A stretch of 63,666 nt of DNA, filler included, from Octopus bimaculoides (lineage: Eukaryota): NCBI RefSeq assembly GCF_001194135.2. It is 5 parts of 5 records of this genome, joined end to end, with 100 filler letters (N's around TTAATTAATTAA, not from the genome) between each part and the next. Parts side by side here need not be neighbours in the genome. Positions count along the whole stretch, not along the records: positions 24,659 to 54,938 come from NC_068983.1; 4 more parts are not named here. One strand, given 5' to 3'. Below, piece after piece: positions 39,301 to 53,534 of this stretch. The notes beneath the pieces were generated by a model. It saw nothing but the letters and a program-made list of their open reading frames with translations. It ran no database searches and was not told the origin of the DNA. How positions within the stretch are numbered: position 1 is the first letter of the stretch; each line of letters starts with the position of its first letter. Position numbers and translations under genes: made by a program.

Positions 39301-41744
39301 TTTTTATATGTGCGTGTCTATATATACATATATATAATATTATATTATATTTTGTTATATTATATTATATTATATTATATTATATTATATTATATTATAT
39401 TATATTTGGCTTAGGCATTTCAAGACTGATTATTAGTCAATATATGAGTCAATAGAACTCATGAGCGGTAGTAAGAAAAAGAGATGGCATGGGGAAAAAA
39501 GAAAGGTTATGTTATATTTTTCATTAGCTTACACTGGTTTCTGCTATAGGATACAGTGATCTGAGTGAATTAGATAACATCCTATAGCTTCATCGGAGCC
39601 TCGAATATGAAGTGCAATTTATTTGGGATAAAAAGAATTACATTTTTTTCGAATATACATGTATGTGTGTATAAGTGTCGACGAACAGAATAATATATAT
39701 ATATAATGCATGTGTTGCCACTTAACCTCAGTTGGTTCATCAAACACAGCTTTTTCATCTCTACATCGTAGGAGGGTATAGTTCAATATGATTTTTCAGT
39801 TTTCAGATTAAGTCCTTGTACGGGCACAAAATAAAGAACAGTAAAGATAAACAGATTGTCACGAGAATGAACTTTTCAAAGACTATTACAGAAGAGCAAT
39901 TTCGTTTTGGGCCTCATAAAGAGAATGTAATTTATTTGCAGTGCAAAAAATATGCTTCGTAAGAAAGTTTGTCTTTTTGCTTCAATTCATGTCTGTATGC
40001 ATACATGCATGCATGCATGTATGTATATATGTATGTATGCATGTATGTATGTATGCATGTATGTATGTATGTATATACATATGTGTGTATGTTTGTGTGC
40101 GTATGTATGCATGTATACATATGTATACATATATGTGCGTGTGTGTATGTATTTATATGTATGTTCATATATATACATATATATATATGTAAATATCCAT
40201 ACATATACACACATATGTATGTATGTATATATGTATGTACGTACGTATGTATATATGTATGTGCGCATGCATGCATATATGTATGTATGTACTAAAAGCT
40301 ATAAATGACATGAGCAACTGTCTTTCTTGAAACACGTAATATTAGTATTTTCTTTTCTTTATCTTTTCGTTTTTCTGCAATCCAGAGGAAGGAGCAACAA
40401 TATCCAATAATCAAGGGAAAATATCTTATGAAACGAGCAATTAAGTCAAGCAATAAGGAAGTTACAAACGATTTAGCATTAAGAAAGAAACTATGAAGAG
40501 ATATTGTAGAAGAGGGAGAAAACCTGTTGAGGGATTTTCATTTGTTTATTAGAAAAGCATGCTCGATAAAAATTAATCCTTGAGGAAATCGAACCAACGT
40601 AGAAACTGCGTGAATATAAATGAATAAAGAACTTCAATACGATGTCGATATATACAACAATACCTCGAATCAATTGAATACCATAAATTATATAATTGGC
40701 GTGGAGGGAAATTAAGAAATAAAACAACATCTTGCAAGTTTGCAAATGAAATGAAACAACACAGGAATAGATGTCAAACACACAATAACGTAGTGTCAAC
40801 GATTTAGGGATTGCTACTGAATATAAACTGGTAAACAGTTAAGGAGCTTACTAGTAAGTAGAAGTCGCTTTGTGATTTAGAGTTTACGAAAATAGTTGGA
40901 GAGAAAAATGCATATCTTCAAAGCTTAGAGAGTAGATCCTTGCTTACTCATAATACCGACTGAAATAGCGGGTTGGGGGGGGGGGGAGCAAGAATACTAA
41001 ACAATTAAATGGTTTGAGACCAGCGGTAAAGTTATAAATTATCGAAGTGAGAGTGTGTGAGAAGAGACGTTTACACAGCACCAAAAGTGGCGTTGAAATG
41101 TTTCGAAATTAAGGTAAAAAGTATACTGAAACTTTATTATCAAAAGAAAAGATATTGATATCGAAAGCTATCGAGAAAGCGAATAAAGTATTGATCTGCA
41201 ACAAGTATGTTGATGTCCACAATAAAACCTACACCATATAACTGGTGAGTTTTGCTGTGTATTATAGAGTATTTACAGATCAATCTAGATTTTAAAACAG
41301 TACCAGACCAGTTTTTTTTTATCTCATTCCTAAGCCGGAAGGCTCAAGTATTGTAACAATTAGTCCATCACTTGCCTCAAAATCTCAAATAACACCTGGA
41401 TGGTAGTGTAATACAAGAAGTACAATGAAAATCATCAACATTTTCTTTACATTTCTGCAAGTAATCTGTGCTACATTCTCTGCAAGACACAAATAAGCAA
41501 TCCCTGATAAGTGATTAATGAAAGACGAAAAGAGTCGGTCCGATCTCTATTCCAGAGTACTAAAACCTTTATGCTTTAATCATGAAGGTTCAGTTTTTCA
41601 GTGAAATTAAACATGTCTCCCAATGCATAAAGAAATATGGCCATATATGCATATTCATTTTTAACTTGCACTATATTAATACTTAGATTATCACTATTCC
41701 GGAGCTACCGTTTGTTTCAGCTGACCAATGTTCTGCACATGAAA

Positions 41745-42360
41745 ATTTCCTTGTAGTATACTGGCCGGGACGCGATTTTTTTCTTCTTTTTTCCACGAGA
41801 GTTCCAGATCCCAGTTATGAACTCATTTGCATGCAGCCAATCAGAGCTCAACTATCAAACTAAGTTATGAGCGCATAACAAGTGATGGGCGATAAGATAA
41901 GGTCATTTGGGTAACGAATGACTATGCTTCCTGACTTTTAAATAATGCTTGTGTTCTTGTTCTTGTTTCAACCATTCCTGCTTTTGAGTAGTTATTTGTG
42001 TTGTTGTTGTTTACTTTCTAAAACAGTAATGGGGCAGTGTTGCTAGCACATCACACTCTACTAACATTTTTCCCATCCACATCTTTACCATATGGGGCCC
42101 TAACAAAATCCGATAATACGTATAGATGCAAAATCATCTAATTAGTAGTCTCCTTCTAAAATTAGGCACAACATGGCGATCTGTCGACTTACAACACTGA
42201 CCATCGTCTTCAGTTTACTTGATAGAGTGTGTTTATTAACTTGACAATAGGTCAAGGTGAGCTCTGATTGGCTGTATACAAATGAGTTCATTACTGGGGT
42301 CCGGAACTGACGTGAGAAAAAAAATTTCGCGACTGGGACAATCGTTTTTATGGAAATTCA
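41745..42360. mobile_element. MITE/foldback-like element with about 120-bp inverted repeats
   Basis: gttccagatcccagttatgaactcatttgcatgcagccaatcagagctca versus tgagctctgattggctgtatacaaatgagttcattactggggtccggaac; no TSD identified. Confidence 0.7.
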
Positions 42361-42866
42361 GGATTTGCTCATGAGTGCAACTTTTCACGCACTGTCATAT
42401 CGTTGGTTTCTAGAAACAAGTTGAACCAAAGGAGCTTGGTATCAATGTCATTGCAATTGTAGGAACATAAAGAACCTAAATATATACAGCAGAGCATCTC
42501 ATTCGATATTTTATAATTTTTCCAATCAGTCATCCGGAACCAGTACATTATATATCGACACTGAAAGGTAAAGTTGACTTCTGCGCGATTTGACCTCACG
42601 GCTGAGAAAACTGCAGCATGCAAAACTGGTGATTCTATCCGACACTGTAACAACTCTGCCGATTCGCTGGCAAGTTATTGCTATAAAGCTAACAGGTTGA
42701 TGACATCGGAACACATTGTTTAGTATTTGACATGATAGATAACTTGATAAAATATACAAACACACATACACATACACATACACACGCATACACATACACA
42801 CATACGTAGATATATAGTATATGTATGTGTGTACACAGATTTACACACACATATGCNNNNNNNNNN

Positions 42867-42901
<35 letters not shown>

Positions 42902-43367
42902 AAAGGCCTAAATTGCAACGGAACCAGTTTATGAATTAGCCTAAGAAAGACCAGAAGCTCACTAATATCTGTATATGAGTATATTGCTGAAACGGAACGA
43001 CATAATACGTTGTTTTAACTAGTATAAACATAAGGGTTACTTTTATTCTCAATTGGAAACACGCACTTCCTGAATGTAAATATTTGTTCATTTCTAAGCG
43101 TGGGAGTACATTGTTTGAAAGACATGAAGTAATAAGAAATCCACCCGTAATGATAAAGATACAGCAAGAATAATATATGTTGAGTAATTAAATCATAATA
43201 GATAATTGTACATATATGTTTATGCATATATACGTGTGTATATATGAATGTATGTATATGTGTGTGTGCATGTTTGTATGTGTATGTATGTATATATAAG
43301 GACATATATACGCACAAGAGAAATTTAAACATACATATACTTGTATACATAAAAATATATATGCATA

Positions 43368-43412
<45 letters not shown>

Positions 43413-45409
43413 ACTTTCACCATAACATATTTTTCATATTGTCACACAGCCTTCATATTGTCTTCATATTTAAAACTCACTGTAAAAGCTTGCTCTATTC
43501 CTAAATCAGAAAATGAATTGTCGTAAAGTTACCACAACGGAGCTTTTCTCTTTCAGTTACTTTTAAGCTATCAGCAAATTTCAAACTATAAATTTTGACA
43601 TTTGAAAAAATACAAGTCAGCATCTATATATGGCGACAGAAGTATCTCTCATTCAACAATAGTCACTGGGTTGTGATTCCAACTCGTAGAGTCATATCTA
43701 AGATCAGCCATACTTATCAAGAAATGGTGGCTTTACTTATTCAAAAGCTGTGACCGCTGAATCCTTTGCTACTGTAGCGACCGAACAAGCAGACATAATT
43801 TTTCCGGCTTTGCAATTTTAGTAACGCAAATCTGAATTATGTTAAATAAGTTTGTGCGTATGTATGTATGTATGTATGTATGTATGTATGTACGTATGTA
43901 TGTATGTATGTATGTATGTATGTTTGTATATATGTATCTAAGTATATATGTATGTACGCATGCCATATATGTCTGTCTGTCTGTATATATGTTTGTATGT
44001 ATGCATGTATGTACGTATGCATGTATGTGTGCATGTATGTATGCATAATTTTATATAAATGATTAATGTACATTTGTACACATTTTTTCAATGCCGAAGT
44101 ATTTTCTTAAAGACTCAGGAGGTAAAATATTCATCGAATTACGTAATAGATATGAAAGGAAATGACATGTGTGCGAGCGTATGTGGGTGTATGTATGCTT
44201 GAGCATATGTTTGCGTATATGCATGCATATGTATGCGTCTGTGTGTATATGCCTGTGTGCGTGTGTATAAATATGTATACTTATGAATATATACACTTAC
44301 ATATTTATTATTTATACACTTTTATATACCCTTTTTTTGTGTGGGTATATTTAAATATTTTCTTTGAATTATCTCTGTGGCTGTTTCCCTATTTTCTTTC
44401 CTGTGGGTATTCTTCCATTTACAGTTGCAATTATAAGTCTTTTTCCCTTTTGACTTTGCAATTTCCTTAACTGAAAATGAGGCAATTCCTGCCATTAATC
44501 TAACATTACATTTTTGAATGAATATTTCATATTAAGGTTGGATTCTTTTACGAATATATATTTTCTTTTTAAAAATTTATCACGTATATAAAGCAACGTA
44601 TATCTGATATCCCGTACTTTGAGAAAATACTTTAAATCATTTGTACAACCATAAAATGTTTATTCGAGTAAAATTGTGTTAACTCTAATCTTCCTTGCAT
44701 TGGGGCCATTTTTTTCCTTTTCTTGGGCGGGGGTATGCAACTCGTGAAATAATTGTAATATACGTGTGCGCATATATGGGTAGGGTAGATGGAGATATAC
44801 GAGTGTGTATACATATAGATACANNNNNNNNNNNNNNNNNNNNNNNNNNNNNNNNNNNNNNNNNNNNNNNNNNNNNNNNNNNNNNNNNNNATATATATAT
44901 ATATATATATATACAGGTTATGTTTTATTCCGTTGGAAACGTGGTAGAGTAGAGTGTAAAGCTCGACCACCTTCAGAATTACCCAGTACTATCGGTGGTA
45001 TTATTACATACTTCCAAGTTTAAATTTGGACATTTGTCGTGTATGAATATAAAATTGAAGAAATTGGAGTTAGGAAGAAGGCGTACGGCTGGACATTTAT
45101 TTTATTATTCGCTACAATTGTTTGAATGCGACGTAGTTCACCAATGATACAAGTACTTGATTATGCAACTGTTTGTTTGCATAATGAGATCTAGTAATGA
45201 TTCCTCAGGTGATAAACAAGTGTTGTCTCCGTTAGTTTAGAATTTTCTTCTTCAAGGCCAGCTTCTCTGTTTAACTTGGTTGAAATTTATTGGCGGGGTG
45301 CATAGACATGGCGCGTACCGTGATACTGCGTTTGTCGGACTGCTATGTATGGTAGCGGATGGTTCTGTCTGGCTTTTAAATGTTCTTTTATTTCGCTGTA
45401 TCTAGAATA

Positions 45410-45500
45410 AGCACCAGGCTAAAAAAAATACTAAACTTTTCCAAGGCGATCCCCTGGCATGGGATCTAGCACAGTCTGATGACTGAAACAAGTAAAACAT
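45410..45500 (+). mobile_element. SINE family B tail
   Basis: aataagcaccaggct...aaggcgatccctggcatgg...gactgaaacaagtaaaac. Confidence 0.7.
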
Positions 45501-45514
45501 AAGAAATACATTAA

Positions 45515-45734
45515 TATTGATTTCAAATTTTGGCACAAGGCCAGCAATTTTAGGATAGCGGGTGAGTCGATTGCATCAACCTTGGTGCTTGACTGGTACT
45601 TATTTTATCGACCTCGAAAGGACGAAAGGCAAAGTCGACCTGGGCGAAATTTGAACTCAGAACATGAAGACGGACGAAATGCTGCTAAGTATTTTGCCCG
45701 GCATGCTAATGATTATGCCAGTTCGCTGCCTTAA
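45515..45734 (-). mobile_element. SINE family A
   Basis: ctggtacttattttatcgacctcgaaaggacgaaaggcaaagtcgacc...tttgaactcagaac...tgccagttcgctgcctta. Confidence 0.85.
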
Positions 45735-46132
45735 GATACATTAATATCAACATGCAAACATACATGCATATATATGTTTACATACACAGGAAACTCTATT
45801 TCTTAACACACCTACATTTATAAGAGAAATAATCGCCTGACTTTCTCTTGCTATTGGTAAATCTGTAGGTTTGGTTCATATCAATGTGATATCAGTATAT
45901 GATAAAAACTAGACGATATAAAAGGCATTTCGATAATCCTAAAACTGACAATCCTTCCAGACTAATCGCATAATCCTTTAAAACTGTCTATTTGTATGTA
46001 CTCACAAATGTTTGCAAGTGTGAATGTTATCCTTATGTGTATCTGTTTATACATATATATCTGTATAAGTGTGAATATATATGTATTTCAGTGCATAAAT
46101 GCATATAAATATATACATACATATATACCACC

Positions 46133-46192
<60 letters not shown>

Positions 46193-46330
46193 GTGTGTAT
46201 ATCTGTTTGGATATACAAATCTATACTTTTAAATATGTACAATATACGTATATATTTGTATGTATATACATACATATATATATTTATATAGTTATATGTA
46301 TATATATATATATACATTTATATGCGTATG

Positions 46331-46379
<49 letters not shown>

Positions 46380-47921
46380 NNNNNNNNNNNNNNNNNNNNN
46401 NNNNNNNNNNNNNNNNNNNNNNNNNNNNNNNNNNNNNNNNNNNNNNNNNNNNNNNNNNNNNNNNNNNNNNNNNNNNNNNNNNNNNNNNNNNNNNNNNNNN
46501 NNNNNNNNNNNNNNNNNNNNNNNNNNNNNNNNNNNNNNNNNNNNNNNNNNNNNNNNNNNNNNNNNNNNNNNNNNNNNNNNNNNNNNNNNNNNNNNNNNNN
46601 NNNNNNNNNNNNNNNNNNNNNNNNNNNNNNNNNNNNNNNNNNNNNNNNNNNNNNNNNNNNNNNNNNNNNNNNNNNNNNNNNNNNNNNNNNNNNNNNNNNN
46701 NNNNNNNNNNNNNNNNNNNNNNNNNNNNNNNNNNNNNNNNNNNNNNNNNNNNNNNNNNNNNNNNNNNNNNNNNNNNNNNNNNNNNNNNNNNNNNNNNNNN
46801 NNNNNNNNNNNNNNNNNNNNNNNNNNNNNNNNNNNNNNNNNNNNNNNNNNNNNNNNNNNNNNNNNNNNNNNNNNNNNNNNNNNNNNNNNNNNNNNNNNNN
46901 NNNNNNNNNNNNNNNNNNNNNNNNNNNNNNNNNNNNNNNNNNNNNNNNNNNNNNNNNNNNNNNNNNNNNNNNNNNNNNNNNNNNNNNNNNNNNNNNNNNN
47001 NNNNNNNNNNNNNNNNNNNNNNNNNNNNNNNNNNNNNNNNNNNNNNNNNNNNNNNNNNNNNNNNNNNNNNNNNNNNNNNNNNNNNNNNNNNNNNNNNNNN
47101 NNNNNNNNNNNNNNNNNNNNNNNNNNNNNNNNNNNNNNNNNNNNNNNNNNNNNNNNNNNNNNNNNNNNNNNNNNNNNNNNNNNNNNNNNNNNNNNNNNNN
47201 NNNNNNNNNNNNNNNNNNNNNNNNNNNNNNNNNNNNNNNNNNNNNNNNNNNNNNNNNNNNNNNNNNNNNNNNNNNNNNNNNNNNNNNNNNNNNNNNNNNN
47301 NNNNNNNNNNNNNNNNNNNNNNNNNATATATATGTAAAATATATACATATGACTGGCACGTATGACATGGGGTGACATACAAGTTTGAATAGACGACCTG
47401 TGCAAATATTCATAAAGTGGTGCCTTATGCAGGATTAACTTAACAACGCTGCCGAATTGTTTTCCTTTATGAGTGGGCTCTTCTGGCTTTAGAATATGTC
47501 TATGCACTGTACATACATAAACACACACACACAGATATATATGTACGTTTGTATGTATGTATGTATGTATTTACATTACCAAAAGTTTCAGGTGTGGTGA
47601 TACAGCTAGCAGTAAATATTCATCAATATGAATAGTTCTATACTGACGACGATAGGAACTGAATAGAGAATGTGCTTAACTTCATTTGATCAATGAATAA
47701 AAGTCATTGTATGTATCATGTGGGAGTGGTTGTGAAAATATGTATGTGTTGTGTATGCAAAAATATGTATTACTATATACATAAGTATATAAATATCTAT
47801 ATGTGTGTGTGGTATGTGTGAGTGGATATATATATATATGTGTGAGTGTAATATTTATAAGAATATGCATATATAAATATATATATGTATATGTGCGTGC
47901 ATATATATATATATATATATA

Positions 47922-49164
47922 CAAGGTGCGTAAGGTATTTGAGGGCATACTTTTTTGGGGTCATTGCTGCATTTTTTGCTAATTTTGTATGATCTTTTCA
48001 GAAAATAATAATGGCAAACCCTCAGCTTACTCAAGAAATGAAGAGGCCTGGTGTTATTGTGGCTATAAAGGCTGATCATAGCGATTTAGAAATATCTCGA
48101 TTTTTTAAAGTTGCCAGATCTTTCGTTTACAAAGTTTGCAAGGAACTAGAGGCTGAAGATGGAAACGTACCAGTATCAAAGCATAAAAAGCACTGTAAGC
48201 GCTCTGAAATCATCAAATCACCTTAATTTATCCAGCAAGTTCAGCAGACCATTGATTACAGAAAGTCTATGAGATCAATTGCAAAATATCTCCATGTGTC
48301 AGAAGGAACAATCAGAAATGTTGTCCATGAAGACATCAGATATAAGTCTTATATGATGAGGAAATATCTATTTCTCAAAAAATGCAAAAGAAAATCACTA
48401 CATCAGATCTAAAAGGCTCTTAAACAAACTGAAAAATTCAACCGAAGATTTTATGTGGTTTTCATCAAACGAGAAAAACTTCGATCAAGATCAAACAGTT
48501 AACAGAAAAAATGACAGATGGTTATGTGCAGACCCTTCTAAGTGTTATCCATACAACATTTCCTGTAACTGTCATGGTTTTAGGGGTTGTCAGCAATGAA
48601 GGACATGTGATGCCTCCTTACTTCTTTACACAAGGCCTTAGAGTTAATTCTGCCGCCTACATTGAGGTTCTGGAAATAATTGTTTAGCCCTAGATAGACA
48701 ATGTATGCAATAGAAGGCCATATGTATTTCAGTAGGACTCTACACTATCACACATGGCTCTAGTAACACAGGAATGGATACCTGAAAATTTTCCTGATCA
48801 CATAACCCCTAACATTTGACCTCCTGATTCCCCAGATCTCAATACATTGGTCAATTACATGAGGAGCGTTGTTGAGAGAGAGGTCAATGAACACGCCCAT
48901 TACACTAAAGATTCCTTGAAAGCTGCCATAGTCTGAGTAGTGTCCAAAATGAACCAAGACCACTTTATTCGAGCATGTAGATGATTCAGATCTCATATAG
49001 AAGCAGTTGTTGAAGTTGAAGGTGGCTTTATTGAATAACATTATAGCAAAAAAGGATTATTTTTATTCTCATAGCTTTTTTTTTTTTTGATAAAGTTATT
49101 ATCTGTTATTCTGTATCTGTTTTTTATAAACATAAATCTGTCCTCAAATATCTTACGCACGATG
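47922..49164 (+). mobile_element. Full-length but decayed DD37D (maT) Tc1/mariner element, TA-flanked
   Basis: TIR caaggtgcgtaaggtatttgagggca versus tgtcctcaaatatcttacgcacgatg, with TA at both ends. Transposase runs from ATG 48011 to about 49038 with stops and frameshifts; FQ*DS...SPDLNTLV puts the third catalytic position 37 residues on (GAC>GTC). Confidence 0.92.
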
Positions 49165-49349
49165 TATTTGTATGTATGTATATATGTATGTATGTATGTA
49201 TATATGTATGTATGTATATATGGATGGAGGGATGGGTCAAAACAATTTGATTCAAATTCGTTGGTTCACTTGAGTTTCAAGCGTGATGCTAGTCGTCAGC
49301 CATTTTGAATTTGAGTGCCCTTCTTTCGTTTGTCTACTCACTTGTATAC

Positions 49350-50820
49350 ATAGACTGTCTCTTTTTTTCTCTCTCTCTCTCTGTCTCTCTGTCTTTCTCT
49401 ATGCCTCGTAGGCAGGTAGTAATAAACATGAAGGAATAGTTTGGGTACAGGGAATTGATGATTTAAGTAGGAGGAGAAGAAGAAGAAGAAGAAGAAGAAG
49501 AAGAAGAAGAAGAAGAAGAAGAAGAAGAAGAAGAAGAAGAAGAAGAAGAAGAAGAAGAAGAAGAAGAAGAAGAAGAAGAAGAAGGGGGAGGAGGAGGACA
49601 TAAAGGAGGAAGAGAAGAAGGTGTAGGAAAAGAAGAAAAAGAAAGAGAAAGAAAAGAAAATACAGGTGTGCTGTGACACAGTTGATTGTTCGTAGAATCT
49701 TCTTTAATGGTCAAATGACCTAAAAGTGCCTTGTGGTCGTAGTGGTAGTAGTTGGAATTGTTCTAAATTCTTCATGTTGTTTCATCTGTGGTGGTGGTGG
49801 CGGCATTCAAAATAAGTTTGTATTTCGAGATAAAATGCGCTTCTTTGCTAATGCACTGATTATAGGTTGTATTGTCCATGAATTTATAAAGGGGAAAAAT
49901 TCTAAAGTTGGGTTGTTCGTTAGTGGCACAAATATTGATGTGCTCACTTAATCCTATTTTTTCTGCATTCTCGTATTTTAATCTTGGATCTATGTACCGT
50001 CATCCTCTGGCGTAAACTGTTTTTAGTTTAACCAATATATTCTTCTTGACACTCTCAGCAAGTTAATACATATATTACGGTTTCCGAAACACATGTGGAG
50101 ACGTTTTTTAAACAGAGTCAACGTTTTACAGTGAAAAACAACTTCACGTGGGCTTCAGAAAACCTAATATATGTATTAACTTGCTCAGAGTGTCAAGAAC
50201 AATATATTGGTCAAACTATAAACAGAGGAGGACGGTACATAGTTCCGAGATTAAAATACGAGAATGTAGAAAAATGGGATTAAGCGGGCACATTGATATT
50301 TGCGCCACTAACGAACAACACAAATTTAGAATTTTTTCCCTCAATAAATTCAGGGAGAGTGCAACCTATAATCAGCGCATTAGCAAAGAAGCATATTTTA
50401 TCACAAAATATAAGCCTATTTTGAATGCCGCCACCACTACAGATGAAACTACTAGAAGAATTTAGAACAGTTCGAACCACTACTGCTACGACCACAACAA
50501 AACACTTTTGGATGATTCCGCGAACAGTTTACAGTCACAGCACTCCTTTATTTTTCTTTCCTTTTCTTTTGTTTCTCTTTCTCCCTCTTCTTTCCCTGCT
50601 CCTATTTCTCTTATGCCTTCATCTTCTACTTCTCCTCCTCCTCCTCCTCCTCCTCCTTTCTCCACTTCTTCTCCTCCCTCGGCTGCTCCTGCTTAGACCA
50701 TCAATTCTCTGTACTCAAACTATTCCTTCAGATTTACTAATACTCACCTACAAGGCATTCACAAAGGAATAGAGAGAGAGACAGACAGACAGGCAGACAG
50801 ACAGACTATCTGAAAACTAT
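49350..50820. mobile_element. About 1.45-kb imperfect palindrome of a PLE GIY-YIG 3' segment and its flank
   Basis: Plus arm encodes NLIYVLTCSECQEQYIGQT...KEAYFITKYKPILN. The minus arm is its diverged reverse complement; centre near 50120. Confidence 0.88.
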
Positions 50821-51169
50821 GGAAATTTTTACCTATTTAAAGACTACGGAAATATCTACAAATCATTTCACTTAATTTTTTTCTCCAATTTGATTGTTTA
50901 CTCTTATGTGAAAGAGTTTAATAGACGGAAACCGGTATTAATATGTACTTCACGATAAAACTATTTGAGCATTTTCGACCTTGTCTTATTTTCCTTATAC
51001 ACGTCAACTTGTGTGTTCCTTTTGAACCTTCTACACACACACACACATACACGCACACAGATATACATGTATGTGTGTAAGTTTATGCAATGCATATATA
51101 TTTGTATGTATTGTGTGTACATGTATATATATCGATATATAGACACATAGAGACAGACAGACAGATGTA

Positions 51170-51620
51170 TTAGTTTAACGCTCGAGAAGTGAGAAAGTCT
51201 TTTACGTTTCGAGCCTACGTTCGTCGACAGAAAGGAACACAGAAATAATTAGGTTGGGAGGTTGGGTTAGAGCAGAAGCTGTGGACCAAAAGGTCTCGTA
51301 GGTTGTGGGCTCGTTTGGAGGAGGGGAGGGGTCGGTTAGGGAAGATATGTGAAGTAGACGGATCGGACTGGAGTCGCTAGAAGGCTCGGAGAATGGTGCG
51401 TTGGAGAGGTCAGGTGGTGGGGTGGTAGGTGAGGGGAAAACGGGAGACGGGTGACGGGTGCGAGGGAGAGAGCAGATGCACGGTCCACGGAACGTGCTCT
51501 GGCAAGGGCGGTGTGGATAGTGGTGAGGGGATATCCATATTCTTTCATTCTTATACTTGTTTCAGTCATTTAACTGCGGCTATGCAGGAGCACCGCTTGC
51601 TTCGAACAAATCGACCCTAG
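51170..51620 (-). mobile_element. PLE remnant (post-RT region plus 3' terminal repeat with hammerhead-like motif)
   Basis: GYPLTTIHTALARARSVDRASAL and LQRTILRAF.RLQSDPSTSHIFP are PLE-type; hammerhead-like motif at 51199-51234. Confidence 0.7.
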
Positions 51621-51735
51621 GACTTATTCTTTGTAGACCTAGTAATTATTCAATTGGTCCCTTTTGCCGAGGACGTAAACACCAACATCGGTTGTCAAGT
51701 GACGCGGAGGGTACACTAACACAGACACAGAAATA
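51615..51735 (-). mobile_element. SINE family B fragment
   Basis: ggacttattctttgtagacctagta...cgtaaacaccaacatcggttgtcaag. Confidence 0.75.
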
Positions 51736-52724
51736 AATACATACATACATATATATATATATATANNNNNNNNNNNNNNNNNNNNNNNNNNNNNNNNNNN
51801 NNNNNNNNNNNNNNNNNNNNNNNNNNNNNNNNNNNNNNNNNNNNNNNNNNNNNNNNNNNNNNNNNNNNNNNNNNNNNNNNNNNNNNNNNNNNNNNNNNNN
51901 NNNNNNNNNNNNNNNNNNNNNNNNNNNNNNNNNNNNNNNNNNNNNNNNNNNNNNNNNNNNNNNNNNNNNNNNNNNNNNNNNNNNNNNNNNNNNNNNNNNN
52001 NNNNNNNNNNNNNNNNNNNNNNNNNNNNNNNNNNNNNNNNNNNNNNNNNNNNNNNNNNNNNNNNNNNNNNNNNNNNNNNNNNNNNNNNNNNNNNNNNNNN
52101 NNNNNNNNNNNNNNNNNNNNNNNNNNNNNNNNNNNNNNNNNNNNNNNNNNNNNNNNNNNNNNNNNNNNNNNNNNNNNNNNNNNNNNNNNNNNNNNNNNNN
52201 NNNNNNNNNNNNNNNNNNNNNNNNNNNNNNNNNNNNNNNNNNNNNNNNNNNNNNNNNNNNNNNNNNNNNNNNNNNNNNNNNNNNNNNNNNNNNNNNNNNN
52301 NNNNNNNNNNNNNNNNNNNNNNNNNNNNNNNNNNNNNNNNNNNNNNNNNNNNNNNNNNNNNNNNNNNNNNNNNNNNNNNNNNNNNNNNNNNNNNNNNNNN
52401 NNNNNNNNNNNNNNNNNNNNNNNNNNNNNNNNNNNNNNNNNNNNNNNNNNNNNNNNNNNNNNNNNNNNNNNNNNNNNNNNNNNNNNNNNNNNNNNNNNNN
52501 NNNNNNNNNNNNNNNNNNNNNNNNNNNNNNNNNNNNNNNNNNNNNNNNNNNNNNNNNNNNNNNNNNNNNNNNNNNNNNNNNNNNNNNNNNNNNNNNNNNN
52601 NNNNNNNNNNNNNNNNNNNNNNNNNNNNNNNNNNNNNNNNNNNNNNNNNNNNNNNNNNNNNNNNNNNNNNNNNNNNATATATATATATACATGTATATAT
52701 ATTTGCATATATGCATATACATGG

Positions 52725-52772
<48 letters not shown>

Positions 52773-52972
52773 ATATATAAACATATACAAACATATGTAA
52801 ATATACATATATGTGTTTGTGTTTGTGTGTGTGTGTGTGTGTAATCTTACTTCAAATATATATACGTTGGTGGAAGTCTTATATCAAAATACATTAGATA
52901 AAAAAATCTATATGTTTATATACATCAAGATGTGGATACACACACATACGTACGTTTGCTTGCATACATCCG

Positions 52973-53018
<46 letters not shown>

Positions 53019-53534
53019 CATACATACATACATACATACATACGTCCGTACATACATGCGTTCATACATTCGTACATACATACATGCATTCATACATACA
53101 AGCATGCATACATACATACATAAACTTACATAGCAGCAACAAACACAGGTAGTCGAGTGTAGTTAATTTCATTATGTACGCCATAGGCTACAACACGGGG
53201 TTTCTGCGCAGAATCACGTAATTTCATTTGACCTTCATGTCTCAAACAAAAACAATAAAACAGAGATGAAAAATACACGTACAAATAATAAAATTATATT
53301 CATGTAAATCTTATATCTGTGATTATTATTATCATTATTATTATTGTTGTTGTTGTTTTTGATGCAGTTCGGGATATTCGTGCAATAGTCAACAGGTCAG
53401 CGCATTATACATTATATATTCATAGATAGATAGACAGATAGATAGACAGATAGATAGACAGATAGATAGACAGATAGATAGATAGATATGAACATGAATG
53501 TTTGTATACAGAAGTGCGTGTGTGTGTATGTTTG

